In this document: positions 24,701-36,800 of the stretch, in pieces
How positions within the stretch are numbered: position 1 is the stretch's first letter
How the letters are laid out: each line of letters starts with the position of its first letter
Notes under the pieces: model-generated
Database searches by the model: none
Seen by the model: only the letters and a program-made list of their open reading frames with translations
Told to the model about the DNA's origin: nothing
Assembly: GCA_009103225.1 (NCBI GenBank)
Contig: RHPI01003587.1
Span: forward strand, 124,001 to 188,000
Direction of reading: 5' to 3'
DNA from: Chlorokybus atmophyticus
Taxonomy: Eukaryota; Plantae; Mesostigma and Chlorokybus algae
DNA length: 64,000 nt
Program-made: the position numbers and the translations under genes

Positions 24701-26061
24701 AAACCAGTCCTAAAACAGAAAAGGTTGGATCTAGAGTGTCACTAAACAGAACAAGTCTAAGTGGGACCAGAATGTCCTAACCCTATGTTATACACAACCA
24801 AGTCCCAATCTCCAGGCCGAAGCCAGAGGGGGAGGGTTTCAGACTAACAGTGTTTGGGAACAGGTTGTCCTAGAACCTCCCCAAAACTGTCCTAACCGAG
24901 TTCCGATCTCCAAGCCGAAGCCAGAGGGGGAGGGTTTGGGAACAGTTTGGTTTAAAACTTACGGACCCGGGTCAAGCGACCCGGAAAAACCGCTGGCAGG
25001 TCACATATATGTCACAGGCATGCAACAGGCAAGCCACAGGCATGCAGCAGGCAAGCCGCACAGTGACCAACTGTGACATGCACTGGCAAGCACAATGACA
25101 AGAAACTACCGCATGCAATGACAGGCAATCACTGCAAGCAATGATAGTGCACTGAGTGTGACAAGCAGTGATGGCATTAGCAAGCCGCACTCATGCACTG
25201 ACAAGTCACTGGCAAGCATAATGACAAGCAATCACCGCATGCAATGACAGGCAATCACTGCAAGTAATAATGGTGCATGAAAGTACACACGTGCACTTGA
25301 CAAGCAGCTGGCAAGCAGGCAAGTCACCGACGTGTGTGATGGTACCTCACACGTGGAGAGGCCGCCTATTTGGTGGGTGGCTTCAACGCGGAGGTAGCGC
25401 AGGGAAGCTAACTTGAAGCTTGGGCTGCGTGGACGAATAGAAGGTTGCCACGGACGCTTTCTCATTGGTCGATAGCAGGTCGCCGCCCCGTATAAATACC
25501 CACGTCACCCCCCAGCTCCTGAAAACCAATGTAACAGCACCACCGTCGCCGGTGATGCCCCTTCAATCCTCTACCTCAACACCCACAGCCACACCGCCTA
25601 TGACAACCCTTTTAACGGCGTGGCCGCCACTGAGCAGAGAGCTGAAAGTCCCCACATCAGTTTGATGTGACCTTTTATATCAAGAGTATATCAACTATAT
25701 ACCTCTAGATAATTAACTCACGACTAGACATCGACCCTACAGATAGGGTAGTTGGGAAATCTAGCGTGAGCTAATCACAGCTCTGATAAGGTACCTATCG
25801 ATAAGGTACCTATTAAAAGATACCTATCGTAAGGTATCCAACGAGATAGTGATTACATTTTATTAAATGTGACACTAAATAGGCTTGAATAAGCGTATCT
25901 ACACCCATTGGGACTTATTTAGGCTATGATAAAGCATCATAGCCTATAATAAGCGAGGAACCGTAGAAAAGAGGTATAAATAAGCATATTTAGATACTTA
26001 TATATATAAAATGTGTTATTTAGGTAGCAATAATACCCCTATTATTATTGCTCCCGTTACA
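21775..26061 (-). mobile_element. Chromovirus A (Ty3/Gypsy), non-autonomous, RT-RH-IN deleted
   Basis: TG...CA LTRs at 21775-22300 and 25530-26061. Perfect TSD TCTTC. PPT AAGTGGGGGGGAA. Degenerate PBS TGGTTTTCAGGAGC. gag with CSFCKKTGHEEAKC, PR LIDTGANHNFV, chromodomain RYLVKWKGYGPEHNSWEP at ~22462-22590. Confidence 0.92.
23125..23544 (-). pseudogene. Domain between gag and protease resembling a degenerate N6-adenine DNA methyltransferase-like region
   Basis: VLINVPFFKLVTAVKHL...VLVVIPRYHGPWSRLL fits an NPPF...VVP.W...W..L pattern. It is in frame with gag (TAG 23548-23550) and with PR (TGA 23125-23127). Confidence 0.45.
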
Positions 26062-26297
26062 TCTTCCCCTGACGCCTTTCTCTTCTCACGCCCATCACCA
26101 CGATTTTCCCTCCCAATCTTTCGTGCAGCTGAGTTGCATTGCTGACATGCAGCTAAGTGCGCATGCATGTGCTTGTTTGTTCGTAAACAGTGCCTAGCAT
26201 CAGGCACACATCCGGTTGCATCCACGCAAGCTTTGCAAATGGCCCCATAATGATGACTGTTGCATTTATCTGCAGTCTTGGTAAAATACTGCCACAC
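26062..26297 (-). pseudogene. hAT-2 transposase N-terminal BED finger
   Basis: WQYF...CKAC...HMHAHLAAC. It rejoins 21774 across the TCTTC TSD as ASGEDVSQSKF. Confidence 0.8.
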
Positions 26298-26915
26298 TAC
26301 AAGTTATGTTTCACTGCGTTTGAAGCCTACATTGTCGGCCACAGACGACATAGGGAACTGCACAACAAAGAGAAAAACTTATATATATTAAAACATAGTC
26401 TTCAAGGAGACATGCTGTGTTGCACTGATTCATACAACATTGAGAACTAACAACATTGCATTGCTGCAGCCTGTAACCTGCACTGTATGCCCTACAGGAC
26501 TGCACAAAGAGTGCTTCACGACAGCACAATACGTGCATGCAGATGGTTTCGCTGCTAACTTAGCATATGCACTAAGCATGGAAAGATATGTGCTTACCTT
26601 AAGGACTCTTGTCGCTAGCAAGCATCCTATGACTCTCTAGGTGCGCTTCCTTGCCGCTGCTGGTCTTGCAGCGCCGCCGCCGCCGCCGCCGCCGCTGCAA
26701 TATGGTAAAGTTTCCCGCCAAGTACTGCTGCAAAATACACCGCTACATGCGGCGTAACTCTGATACTGAGACACGCTAAGAGCGTAACTCGACGTAACCT
26801 GTTAACCCATGATCTCAGGGGTCAACTAATAATGGTTAACATTAACCTGTTAATACGATAAATGGTTAACGGGTTAACAGTTAATGTCCAACACGAATGA
26901 TTAGTGAAGAACACA

Positions 26916-26988
26916 TGCGTCCACCGAGAGTCGAACCCAAGACCTTTGGAATACAATCACGACACCCTAACCACTAAGCTACATCTGC
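26916..26988 (-). ncRNA. tRNA-derived sequence (SINE head or tRNA pseudogene)
   Basis: 73 nt with A box TAGCTTAGTGG and B box GGTTCGACTCT at tRNA spacing. Acceptor and anticodon stems do not pair and there is no T-run terminator. Confidence 0.7.
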
Positions 26989-27824
26989 ACGTACCGGTAG
27001 GGGCAGTGTAGTACTTGCATTATAGATTGTACCGACGGCCGCTTGGCGACTGTCGGCGGCGGAAATTGCACAGGAAGTCGGCGTTATGAATTGACAGACC
27101 CATAGGCAGTGCATGCGCTATCAATGTGCATAGGCTGTACCAGTATTAATCAACGGTATTACATTATTTTAGGTTATTATTGATGACACAGACAGCCGCA
27201 ACTCGGCGGCTACCGAGGGTTGTAAACCACAATGCATTGTTGAGGGCTGTCCTTAATAATGTAACCTTGGTAGGGGTTGTCCATATCCTGCTTGCGTGCG
27301 CATACACACACCTACATGTTTCTATATGTAAGCGTTTGTAAATATATATATGCATATGTTTACATGACATAGATACCAAAACCGCATGGCGGCACCAACA
27401 GAGGTGTTTACCGGATTTGTTGGACACAATGCTCGATCAAGGTTGTCAATCATTCTGCGGTCTCATCAGAGGCTATTATAATAAGTGACGTCATTCATGT
27501 ATACTTTTTATACATATGTATATGAACATACCTTGTATACGGCTCACCCCAAAATACTACTGATATGACCATTTAAACCTACGTGTTCATGCATATAAGA
27601 ATAAATTCGTTGCACACGCTGACATTTAAATATATCATACGACAGTTATATGTGTTACAAGATATATATATCATACAATGACGTATACACATATATAATG
27701 TTCATATATACGTAGATACTTGATTAAACGCAGAGAACATGTAAATGGTGCATGTTTACAAATTTTTGCAAATACACGTACGGTACTATGAACTATGTTG
27801 ATTGCATAGACAGCCCCTTACAGC

Positions 27825-27930
27825 TTAATTGACAGCCGGCCAGCTGTCAATCAGCCGCCGACCATTTGCGGCTATCCACTTGCGGCTGTCCACGGTGTAT
27901 AGCCGACAGTCGGTGCGGCTTGTCAATTAA
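27825..27930. repeat. Small inverted-repeat element flanked by TTAA
   Basis: TTAA-TTGACAGCCG ... CGGCTTGTCAA-TTAA. Confidence 0.6.
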
Positions 27931-28390
27931 CACGTTAAGTGCATATGTGCAATCTCTCTCATTACTAGTACAGTAATCAGGCATGTAGGCAATCTCTCGT
28001 ACCTTAAGTAGGTTGTTGCTACCTACTCATGATAGCGGCAGGGACCGTGCTGCACCGTACATAATGCGGCACGGACCGTGCGGCACAATGTACGGTGCGC
28101 GGTAGTAGGGCCACAGGACCGCGGGACCGCACCTGGTTCGCATTCAAGGGCCAGCGTACATTAGTGGTCCGTGCCGCACCATGGATGGTGCGGCACGGAC
28201 CATGCGTGGTGCACGTCGCCGCGCCAGCCATTCACGGGCCGCGGGGCCCAGAACGGACCAGGAACGGTCCGTCCCCCGCGGACCAGGCAGTCCTGGCCCG
28301 CGGGATACGGACCATGCATGGTCCTTCAACGTCAAGCCGTGTGATACAAGTGGAACTACAATACATTTCTTTAGTGTTGACATGCTTGTA

Positions 28391-29450
28391 TGTTACATTT
28401 GGTGTTCCCCTAGTGCGAGCGCATGTATGAGGTAGGGCGCATACATGCACATTAGTTCTGAACAGTTGTGAGCACTCTTAACTGGCTTAGGAAAGAGCTT
28501 TGCTACGCTAGTGACTATGTTGGAGTCCTCAGATGTGGTGTTGAAGCTTGCTGATGTAGTGCCTAAGTTGCTTGCTGTGGAAGGCAAGATGGGTGTTGAA
28601 GAGATACAGAATGGTAACGAATGTATCGAACTTGCCGCCTCAATTTCTCATCACACACGAAGCAAGAGCAAAGCAGGTGGTGGGAAGCCATCACGTGACA
28701 AAAAGTGCCACTTCATTCGTTAATGCCTGAAGAGGATCCACGAGGAGTTAACCAAGGTGGAGCACACGATGATGGCGATTGCTGTCTAATATTGGTGAGG
28801 ACCTCAAGAAGTTGCGGTGGATGGTGTTCGTCCGTCCTCTCCCACTGCCAGGGCGCATGAAGGACATGCGTAGACGGAGGTCGCAGACACAAAGGTCTAT
28901 AAGAGTTACTGCTAGCCTATAAGTAGTTAATAGTGTTGAGCTGCATACATTGAAGGTTGCATCGATGTGGAGTTGCTTCTGGTAGCACACAGGTGTGCGA
29001 TACTGGTTAGAGCACTTCACCAGATTAGCATGCAAGGACTGAGTTGTATACCTAGCTAACAGGAGATGAGAGAGGTGGTTTGCTTGGTGGAAGGGTCCTG
29101 ATAACCATTGCACGGCCTACACTCTGATACTGCATTGCTAGGGTAGAGAACTCAGTGTAGTTTATAGCATATTTGCCATCGAAGGAGTTATTAAAACCAC
29201 GTGAGCAAGGTTAGGCGTGGCGTGGTGGAACCTGATGCGACAATTATCAGGAGAAAACAAGAAATATTGGAACCTTGTAGCCCTGCTGGCAGCACGAGGA
29301 AAAGGATGGTGTCATGAAAAACGCGTATCAAGTGCATTAGAAGCTGCAAATCCGTGGGAGTGTTGAATGGAATGAGTTAATGTGGGTAAGCTTGCAAGAA
29401 GAACTTGAAGTCAAGATTAAGCTGCTCGCGTGAGAGTATCGAAGGTTATA
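28391..29450 (+). pseudogene. Heavily deleted LTR-retroelement remnant, possibly Copia-type gag
   Basis: TGTTACA followed by PBS-like TTTGGTGTTCCCC. Gag-like ORF 28511-28723 ends in an eroded knuckle (KKCHFIR*CLKR), then LRWMV where a protease motif would be expected. Confidence 0.3.
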
Positions 29451-29937
29451 GGTTGTTGAAGGTACATGTATATGCGGCGCCTACATGTAGTTGGTATGAT
29501 CAGCTTAACTATTATAGTTACGGGAATTACGACAGTCACAGGTTGTAGTTACGTTGGTTACGGCAGTTGTGGTCAAACGCCGTTATGGTCAACCATGGTC
29601 AACTTTGACTTTGACCGTTGACTAGTCTTGACTAATGTTGACTTTCACTAGAGTTGACTAGAGTTGACTTGGTAGCATAGTATAGAAGACACTACAAATT
29701 GCTTAACACAATGGGTTGCACATTGTCTCTGTAGTTGGCGTGCTTGCTGCACTTCGTTGCAAAATGTTTCCCCTGCCTGCCAATTAAATATTGGCGACGG
29801 CCGTGCACCTAAGGATATTTATCCAGGCTGTCGTGGCTCAGTCCACCTGTAATCAATACAGGGACCTGTGTATAACTTCCGTTACTATCAGGCCCTTCCC
29901 GTTAGAATTCAGTTTTTAATAATTGACTGTGCATAAT

Positions 29938-30160
29938 TAATAGGCACCTGTTAGTTACTTACCAGGCCTTAACAGCTGACTATTCCCACTTAATAGGCAC
30001 TTATTAGTTACTTATCATGCCTTAACATAACCATTTAACGGGCACCTGTAAGTTGCACATCAAGCCTTAACAGGTGACTATACCTAATCTACAGGCACCT
30101 GCAAATTACACATCAGTCTTACTTAGGTGACTCAGTCTATGTGACAGTCACCTGCAGGTT
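29938..30160. repeat. Degenerate tandem repeat, ~45-55 bp unit, 4-5 copies
   Basis: Recurrent (taat/taac/tac)aggcacctg...ccttaacag(c/g)tgact. Confidence 0.75.
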
Positions 30161-32799
30161 ACACACCGGATCAGCGCAGGCGACTGAGCCCAATTCACAA
30201 GTATCAACTAGGTAATTGTCGATCAAATAAAGCATTCTTCAAGCAACTGAAGGTGACTGATGCCTAATTGTCGTCATATGTATTTGCATAGCTTGACTAC
30301 ACGCGACTGCTACTAATTGCAAGCATTATTATGTGCCTGTGCTGTGCACAGGTACATGAAATGTGTACAGTGTCTCTCAATCACTTGCCAAGGCTTATAA
30401 TTCGATCATGTGACTCGAATGCCTGCAATCCTGTTGTATATCATAGGGATGCGAGTTTTTTCATGCATGAGCATAATGACGATTGACTGAGCTGGTTTAA
30501 GATGCACAACACTAAGTCACACGTCATTATGGAACGAAACACCACGCGCTGGGGTCTGTAGAAGAGACGCCTGAGCTTGCTCTTCCTCCTCCTCGGACGG
30601 TTGCGCCAGCCAATCAAATGCCGCTTTTGCCTCAGCGAGCGGGTCACTGCTATCTCTTGCGGCCGGCGCCGATTGGGATCTTTCGAGTATTCGACATAAG
30701 ATGCAGCGCGGCGGGTGACAAGGGTGAATGGCTAGAGGGCTGCATACCGTTGCCTCATCTCTCGCTTCATTGACATGCTCATGGTGTTGATTTCGACGAG
30801 GTACTCTTCATGTGTGTTGATGCTGGCAGCCAGGAGAGGGTCTCCATCATTGCCCTTTAAGATGCGCTCCATCTGCGTAGTTTACAGCTATGGCTTAGTG
30901 GCATTGAAAGCCATCATTCATTGCAGCGTGTCTGCAAGCCTGTAGTTTGGGGCTACATCATTCCTAAATTGCTAGTGATTGAGTTCAGAGTGCTCACCGT
31001 AAGCAACAAGTATGCGAGGTGGTTGACTGTCAGCTGCTGTCGACCTGGTGTAGTGACGGCGTAAAACCAGCATTGCACGATCATTTGCCAGATAATGAGA
31101 TTACCCCATTCATGGATGTATCTCCTCCTCTTCGGGTCTGCATTGTCGGTCACCTCAAATTTCCGCCATAACTTGTGTGTGAGAGTCATACCAATAAAGC
31201 ATTGAGCTAGAATAGTGCCTGTGACTTACTTTAGAGCGCGCTGCGCATCTGGGCTTTTTCAGTCTAAGGGTCCATTGGCGCGTCGACGTGCCTGATTGCA
31301 TCGGTTACGATAAGTGAGATGCGTACATGTGTATGGAGGCTGAGTAAGAAGGCAGTGTTGCATAGCAGACATGGTGGTAACGGACCCAACTCAGTTGCGC
31401 TTGTTGCTGTTAAGCAGTGTCCACTTGTACTCCTTCTCAAGGACATGCTTGATCTTCGTGACGTTCTGAACCGGACCTGTGTAGCTTTCTTCGAGGTGAC
31501 ACTCCAGTGGAAGGGGCACTCCGTGGGCGTCCAGGATACCTCATAGAACTTCGCCGCATCGGCCTCGTCATCATAGTCGAAGCCAACTACTTATCACGAG
31601 CAGGATGGTCAGTGTCACGGTGCAGTGAGGTCATGAAGCATTCACAGCACCTGGCACATGACGTTACAAATAGTGTGCTCTATGGGATATACGTGGCTCT
31701 CTACCAAGTGGCCATTTATGATTTTAACGACGGCATCTCGTAAATGCTATCCATAGAAGAACAATCTTCTACACACAGTGTCAAACAGTGCTTACTCGTT
31801 GCCAATCTTCCACTTGCTTGGGGAAGGGTTGCTGACGGCCGAGGTTGCTATGTCACGGCTAAATGCGTTTGGATAGGGGGTTCCAATCGACCCTCTTCAA
31901 GCACAACCGCGTGAGTCATGCTGCCAGCCATGAAAGATGCAACCCTCGCAGTTGAGCAAAAAGAACAACCTGCACAGTGTGTCCAAAATGCATGCAATGA
32001 GTCATTGTGGCAGTCGTGCAAGAAGCAAGCATAAAAGTTTGAAGTTGAGCAAGAAGCAATGTGCACAATGCATCAAGAACGCATGCATTCAGCTTGCCCT
32101 TGCGACTGCGGTGTCAGGTGGAGTTGTTGTGATGGGCTGGGCGTTAGCGCGAGGTCTTGCTGCAATTGGTTGGCCAAGAGTGGCTGCTACTGGTTGGCGA
32201 CGGTTGCCTGGTTGAACACTTGGGGCAATGTGGACTTGGGGAGCCGACCTTCATAACGAGGTGCACCTACAGATGGACCACGAGGCATCTCTCTAATTAA
32301 TAGTCGGGTGCCGCCTGCTTACCTGATGGTGGTGCTGCCGCCTCCAATGCTGCCGCCGCTAGGTGGTCCGCTCAAATATACGAGGCGCGAAAATGAGGCG
32401 ATTTTAAATGTCTAGTGTCCCGCACTAGAGTCGCACTTGTAGTGCGTCCTTCTTTCCTAAGGTTGATGGTACGACTTATGCATTTGTACCATCCATGCTT
32501 CGTACAACTAAGGGTAACAATGGCTTTGGCGTAACATTTATGGCACGACAGAGGCAGCTCTCGTCCAACCCCACCGGTTGGCGTACAGTGGATCTATCAT
32601 ACCACCCATGATACGACAGAGGCATTGCTCGACCAGCCCTAATGGGAGTTAACGTGCACTCATCAAACAGCTTCATTGATGGCCGGATGATGGCACGCAG
32701 GGGCATTAAGTCGATAACGGCTCAAATGTCCGGCATAGTGGACCTGGGTTTGACTAGGAGGCGATGGACCAGGAGTAGTCGGCGGCGGCATGGCACATC

Positions 32800-33110
32800 T
32801 TGCGAGAAGTTGTGGTCGTAAGAGTTCAAGCAGAGAATCCAGTTAATACTGGGCGCCACGCCATGAATCATAGCAGGCGTCAGCAATGGGGCTGTCCAAT
32901 ATGCATCACCAACATTGGACAAACCAGCAGGCAAGCTCTTAAGGACCATCTTCACACAGAGAGCTGCTTGGTGGCTTGCTTTCTGCAACAAGAAGTGCAT
33001 TAGGAGCTGCAGTCCTTGGAGGTTCTTGTTGAAACCATGCAGGACCAATTGCGACTGTGGGAACAAGCACAAAGGAATGCAGAGGTACGCTCAACAGTTC
33101 CATGCATTTC
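32800..33110 (+). pseudogene. C2HC zinc-finger-like fragment, possibly the 5' part of the cargo gene
   Basis: WGCPICITNIGQTSRQALKDHLHTESC at ~32887-32967. The frame continues past a TAG. Confidence 0.4.
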
Positions 33111-33832
33111 CTTGCAAGGGCAATTGTTTTCTTTTGCGCAGTCCATGTGATACATGTAGCGTGGCTGCAAGCCTCCACTATTCACCCATACCCACCCCAC
33201 AATCAAGCCAACATTGCGGAAGCCAGAGCAGGCAGACAGAGCTGGGTGGCGCTATGTTGTTGCCAATCTCGCTGTGCATGTTGACTGCATGCACCTCAAA
33301 TGCATGCATACCTTTGCATGCTAGATTGTGCGTGAGCGTGCGAAGTCACGCGCGCGTGCTGAACGAAGTAGGCTGGGTTTGAGCACAAGAGCTCGTGGCC
33401 ATTCATCTGGCATTCAACCAGTCGTGCATCAACCAGCAATGCCGCAGGCGACTGTTCGAAGCAACCAGCTGATGGACGGTGTGACGCAGTTGACTATTGC
33501 AACTGCAGTGTCGCAAGTATGCAGCTAACCCACATGTAATTCATTAACAGCACCACAGTATTATGTTCTGTGAGAGCTCCTATGCAAGCCTGGATTCAAT
33601 GCCATCAACTGGTCCTTCAATCCCACTTGCTGATGGGCCCGACGGCAATGCGGCATCAGTTTAACATGCATGTTGGCCTGTGGAATCCCGACATGTTCAT
33701 TGGAGTAGTGGCGCATCCTGTGCCCATAGCTCACGAGCTCTGTGACGAGTCTGCGACTGAGGGTGGCAGGGAGAGTGTACCCAATACCACCTTGTCAGCC
33801 CCCATAGCTTCCCCTGCTCCATGCAGCCCACG

Positions 33833-36800
33833 TGTGACGGTGCTCGTGCCTTGTCACCTGTGCGTTGGTCCGATCCACAACCCTCTCACCGAGACACGGT
33901 AGTTACATGAGAACCTTGCCCCCTCTGCCAAGCACACACGCGCGCCCCGCCACTCGAGTACGCATGCGCATGCGCTCAGAGCTACACACCGACTTGTGTA
34001 GTGCCTTGGATCGTCACACAAGCAAGCACACACCAGTGGACACATGCTAGCAACCCCTGCTAACCACCACAAGGCTTGCACACAAGAAACTAAGGAGCTA
34101 AAGGTTGTCTTACAAATTATAGAATGTCAAATTTATACCTACCAGCCTGCACATGCTACTGTCTAAACGATTCTAGCGCTAGACGGAACTTGAAGCTAAG
34201 ATTCTTGCAGAATCGTGTACTACACTTCTAGACCTTTCCGAAGCACCAAAGATCTCTTCATTTGCTGCTCATATGGTCAAGTTATACTACTTGGCGCGAG
34301 GCCCTTCCAATAATCTGGCCGTGCCCTTCTCGATTAGCCCTCCGTTTTCTGGCGTCTTCCATACTGGCCCTGGGCCGGTCGATATCTGCGGCAGACTTGC
34401 AACTTGCCGATATCCGCCACAAGTCATTAAAAACATGATATTTCACAAATAAGGCCTAAAATGGCAATGAAAATCACGAGATTTAGCCTTGACTGTTACA
34501 CTCGTTCCCCCCTAGGTGAGCTTTGTCCTCGAAGCTCGCGAGGATGTCGTCGAGCAAGATAGTCACGCACAGCGTCTCGAGCATTAGCCAAGTGTGCCTC
34601 TGGCTCCCGGGATGCTTCATGCAATGGATAGGCCTTCCATTTCACTAAGAACTTGCGCACGCCATGCACAAACTTCTCACCAAGGATGTCTTCTACCTCC
34701 CACTCTGGTTTACCATCCGTGCCAACTTCGGGGGGCGGCCTGTCCGGCAATTGTCCTCGATATGCTTTAAAAAGGGAGACGTGAAAAACGGGGTGCAAAC
34801 GCATGGTGTCGGGTAGCTCCGGCTTGTACGCCACGTCCGAAATAACTTTGTTGACCGTAAATGGTCCCAACCAGCGTTCATTCAGCTTGCAAACTCCCGT
34901 ACGCACATGTACATGCTTCGCGGAGAGTAACACAATATCGCCTTCCTGAAATGTGAGGTGTCGGCGATGCGCGTCCGCGTATTGCTTCTGCCTGTTATGT
35001 GCCACCAATAGCGCCTCTCGAGCTGCCTTATGAATGTCCGCGCACTTTGTGAGGAAGTCATTAGCTGCCTCCACACGCACGTCATGTCATCGCGGTGTCA
35101 ATGCTGTCAACGGTGTCAATGGATGTTGTCTATATTTCATACAAAAGGGAGTGACACCTGTGCTGGCATTGTGGTGGTTGTTGATTGCAAACTCCACCAA
35201 CTCAAGCAGCTCCGCCCAATTGTCTTGTCGCGCGTTAACGTAGCAACGCATGTTCTCAATCACACGGTTGGCCCGCTCCGTTTGCCCATCGGTCTGCGGG
35301 TGGAATGCCGTGCTAAACTTCAGTGTAGTACCTAGTGCACTATGCAGCGCCTCCCAAAACTTACTTGTAAAGCGCGGGTCGTGATCACTCACAATGCTTC
35401 GTGGTTATCTATGAGAACGAAACACATGCTTTACGAACAAGCTTGCGGCCTCCGGCGCCGTGCAACACTCGCCACACGGTGCCAAGTGTACCATTTTGCT
35501 AGTTTTGTCGACGAACACAAGTATAGCGTCGTACCCTTTTTTTGTCTTTGGTAGCCCCGTGATAAAGTCCATGGTAACTTGCTCCCACTTGGACAATGGC
35601 ATAGGGAGAGGTTGCAGCAACCCACCTAGCTTTTGGTTGCTTGCCTTCACCCTTTGGCATGCGTTGCACAACGCCACTTGGTTGCGCACATCGCGATGCA
35701 TCTCTCGCCAGTAAAAACGCTGCTCCAAGCTTGCCAAAATCCTCTCCAACCCTTGGTGACCAGCAATGGGCACGTCATGAGCTTCCTTCAGCAACTTCAC
35801 ACGGATATGCGCGACGTTGGGGATGTACAAGCGCCCGTGGTGCCATAGCAGCCCGTCGCGCATTGACCAATGCCCACTTGTGTCCGTAGCTGCACTTTCC
35901 AGCTCTTACAACATTTTTATACCCTCCGTGTCTTCACGAAGCACTTGCCGAATCTGGACGATCCACTCGGGCTGTACTTGAGCAAGTGCCCCAATTGCAT
36001 TAAGCGCGTTCGTAAGTCCGAAGGACACGACCAACCACTCGTAGCGCCCATAACGTGTGTTAAAAGCTGTTTTCTCCACATCCTCAGGCGCGATGCGGAT
36101 TTGGTGATTACCTCCAGCAAGATCAAGTAATATGAGGTACTGCGCACCTTCCAAGTGCTCCAGCAACTCGTCGATGCGTGGGAGTGGAAAGCAATTCCTC
36201 TTCGTGATGTTATCGAGAGCTCGATAGTCGACGCACATGCGCAAGCTCCCGTTCTTTTTTCGTACAAACAAAATAGGTGCACCATAACGGGACTTACTAG
36301 GCTTGATGTAGCCTCTATTCAGCAAGTCCGCCACCTGCCTCTCGGCCTCTTCCAGCTCAAAAGATGACAACTTGTATACGGGTCGATATGATGGCTTGTG
36401 CACGCCCTTAATCAGCTCCACACGGTGGTCAAAGCTCCGTGGAGGTGGTAGACCAAATAAAAGTCCGTCCACCATGATATCTTGGTATTCTTTAACAAGT
36501 TTACACACCTCGGGGTCCATCATAGCCGTCTTAACATCGTCACTCAGCTCCGGTGCTGACTTTGCAGTGATTTCGCGCACCACGCACAACCATGCAGCCT
36601 TTGCCTTCCGTGGAAACAGTAACTTCCTCAATTGCACATAAGAGGTCTGGGCAATTGTCGTACCACCTAATTGTGCATGCCGCGCCTCAATGACGTCCGA
36701 CGCACCTATGGCAAAATTTCGCTTGCTTTCCACAAAGCGAGCTTCCTCTTTAACAGGCATGCGCGTACACCTTGAATGGACTTTCCACCGTTTTGTTTGA

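Larger units (their letters stand above)
19363..26896 (-). mobile_element. hAT DNA transposon 2 (different family), interrupted by chromovirus A
   Basis: 17-bp imperfect TIR TGGTGTTGGGCATTAAC / TCGTGTTGGACATTAAC. 8-bp TSD atgattaa/atgattag. GTTAAC subterminal repeats. Confidence 0.85.
2737..28343. mobile_element. CACTA/CMC-like non-autonomous DNA transposon shell (~1.9 kb after removing nested inserts)
   Basis: TIR CACAC(C/G)GCTTGACGTTGAAGGACCATG(A/C)ATGGTCCGT at 2737 and its reverse complement ending at 28343. Perfect 3-bp TSD ATA (2734-2736, 28344-28346). Dense GGACC/GGTCC subterminal repeats at both ends. Confidence 0.75.

Noticed and set aside
26916-26988. Functional tRNA gene
   Set aside because: Acceptor and anticodon stems do not pair and there is no oligo-T terminator.
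24818-30160. CRISPR-like arrays (repeats at 24818/24914, 25020-25330, 29938-30160)
   Set aside because: Units are degenerate tandem or paired repeats without unique spacers, there are no cas genes, and the context is eukaryotic.
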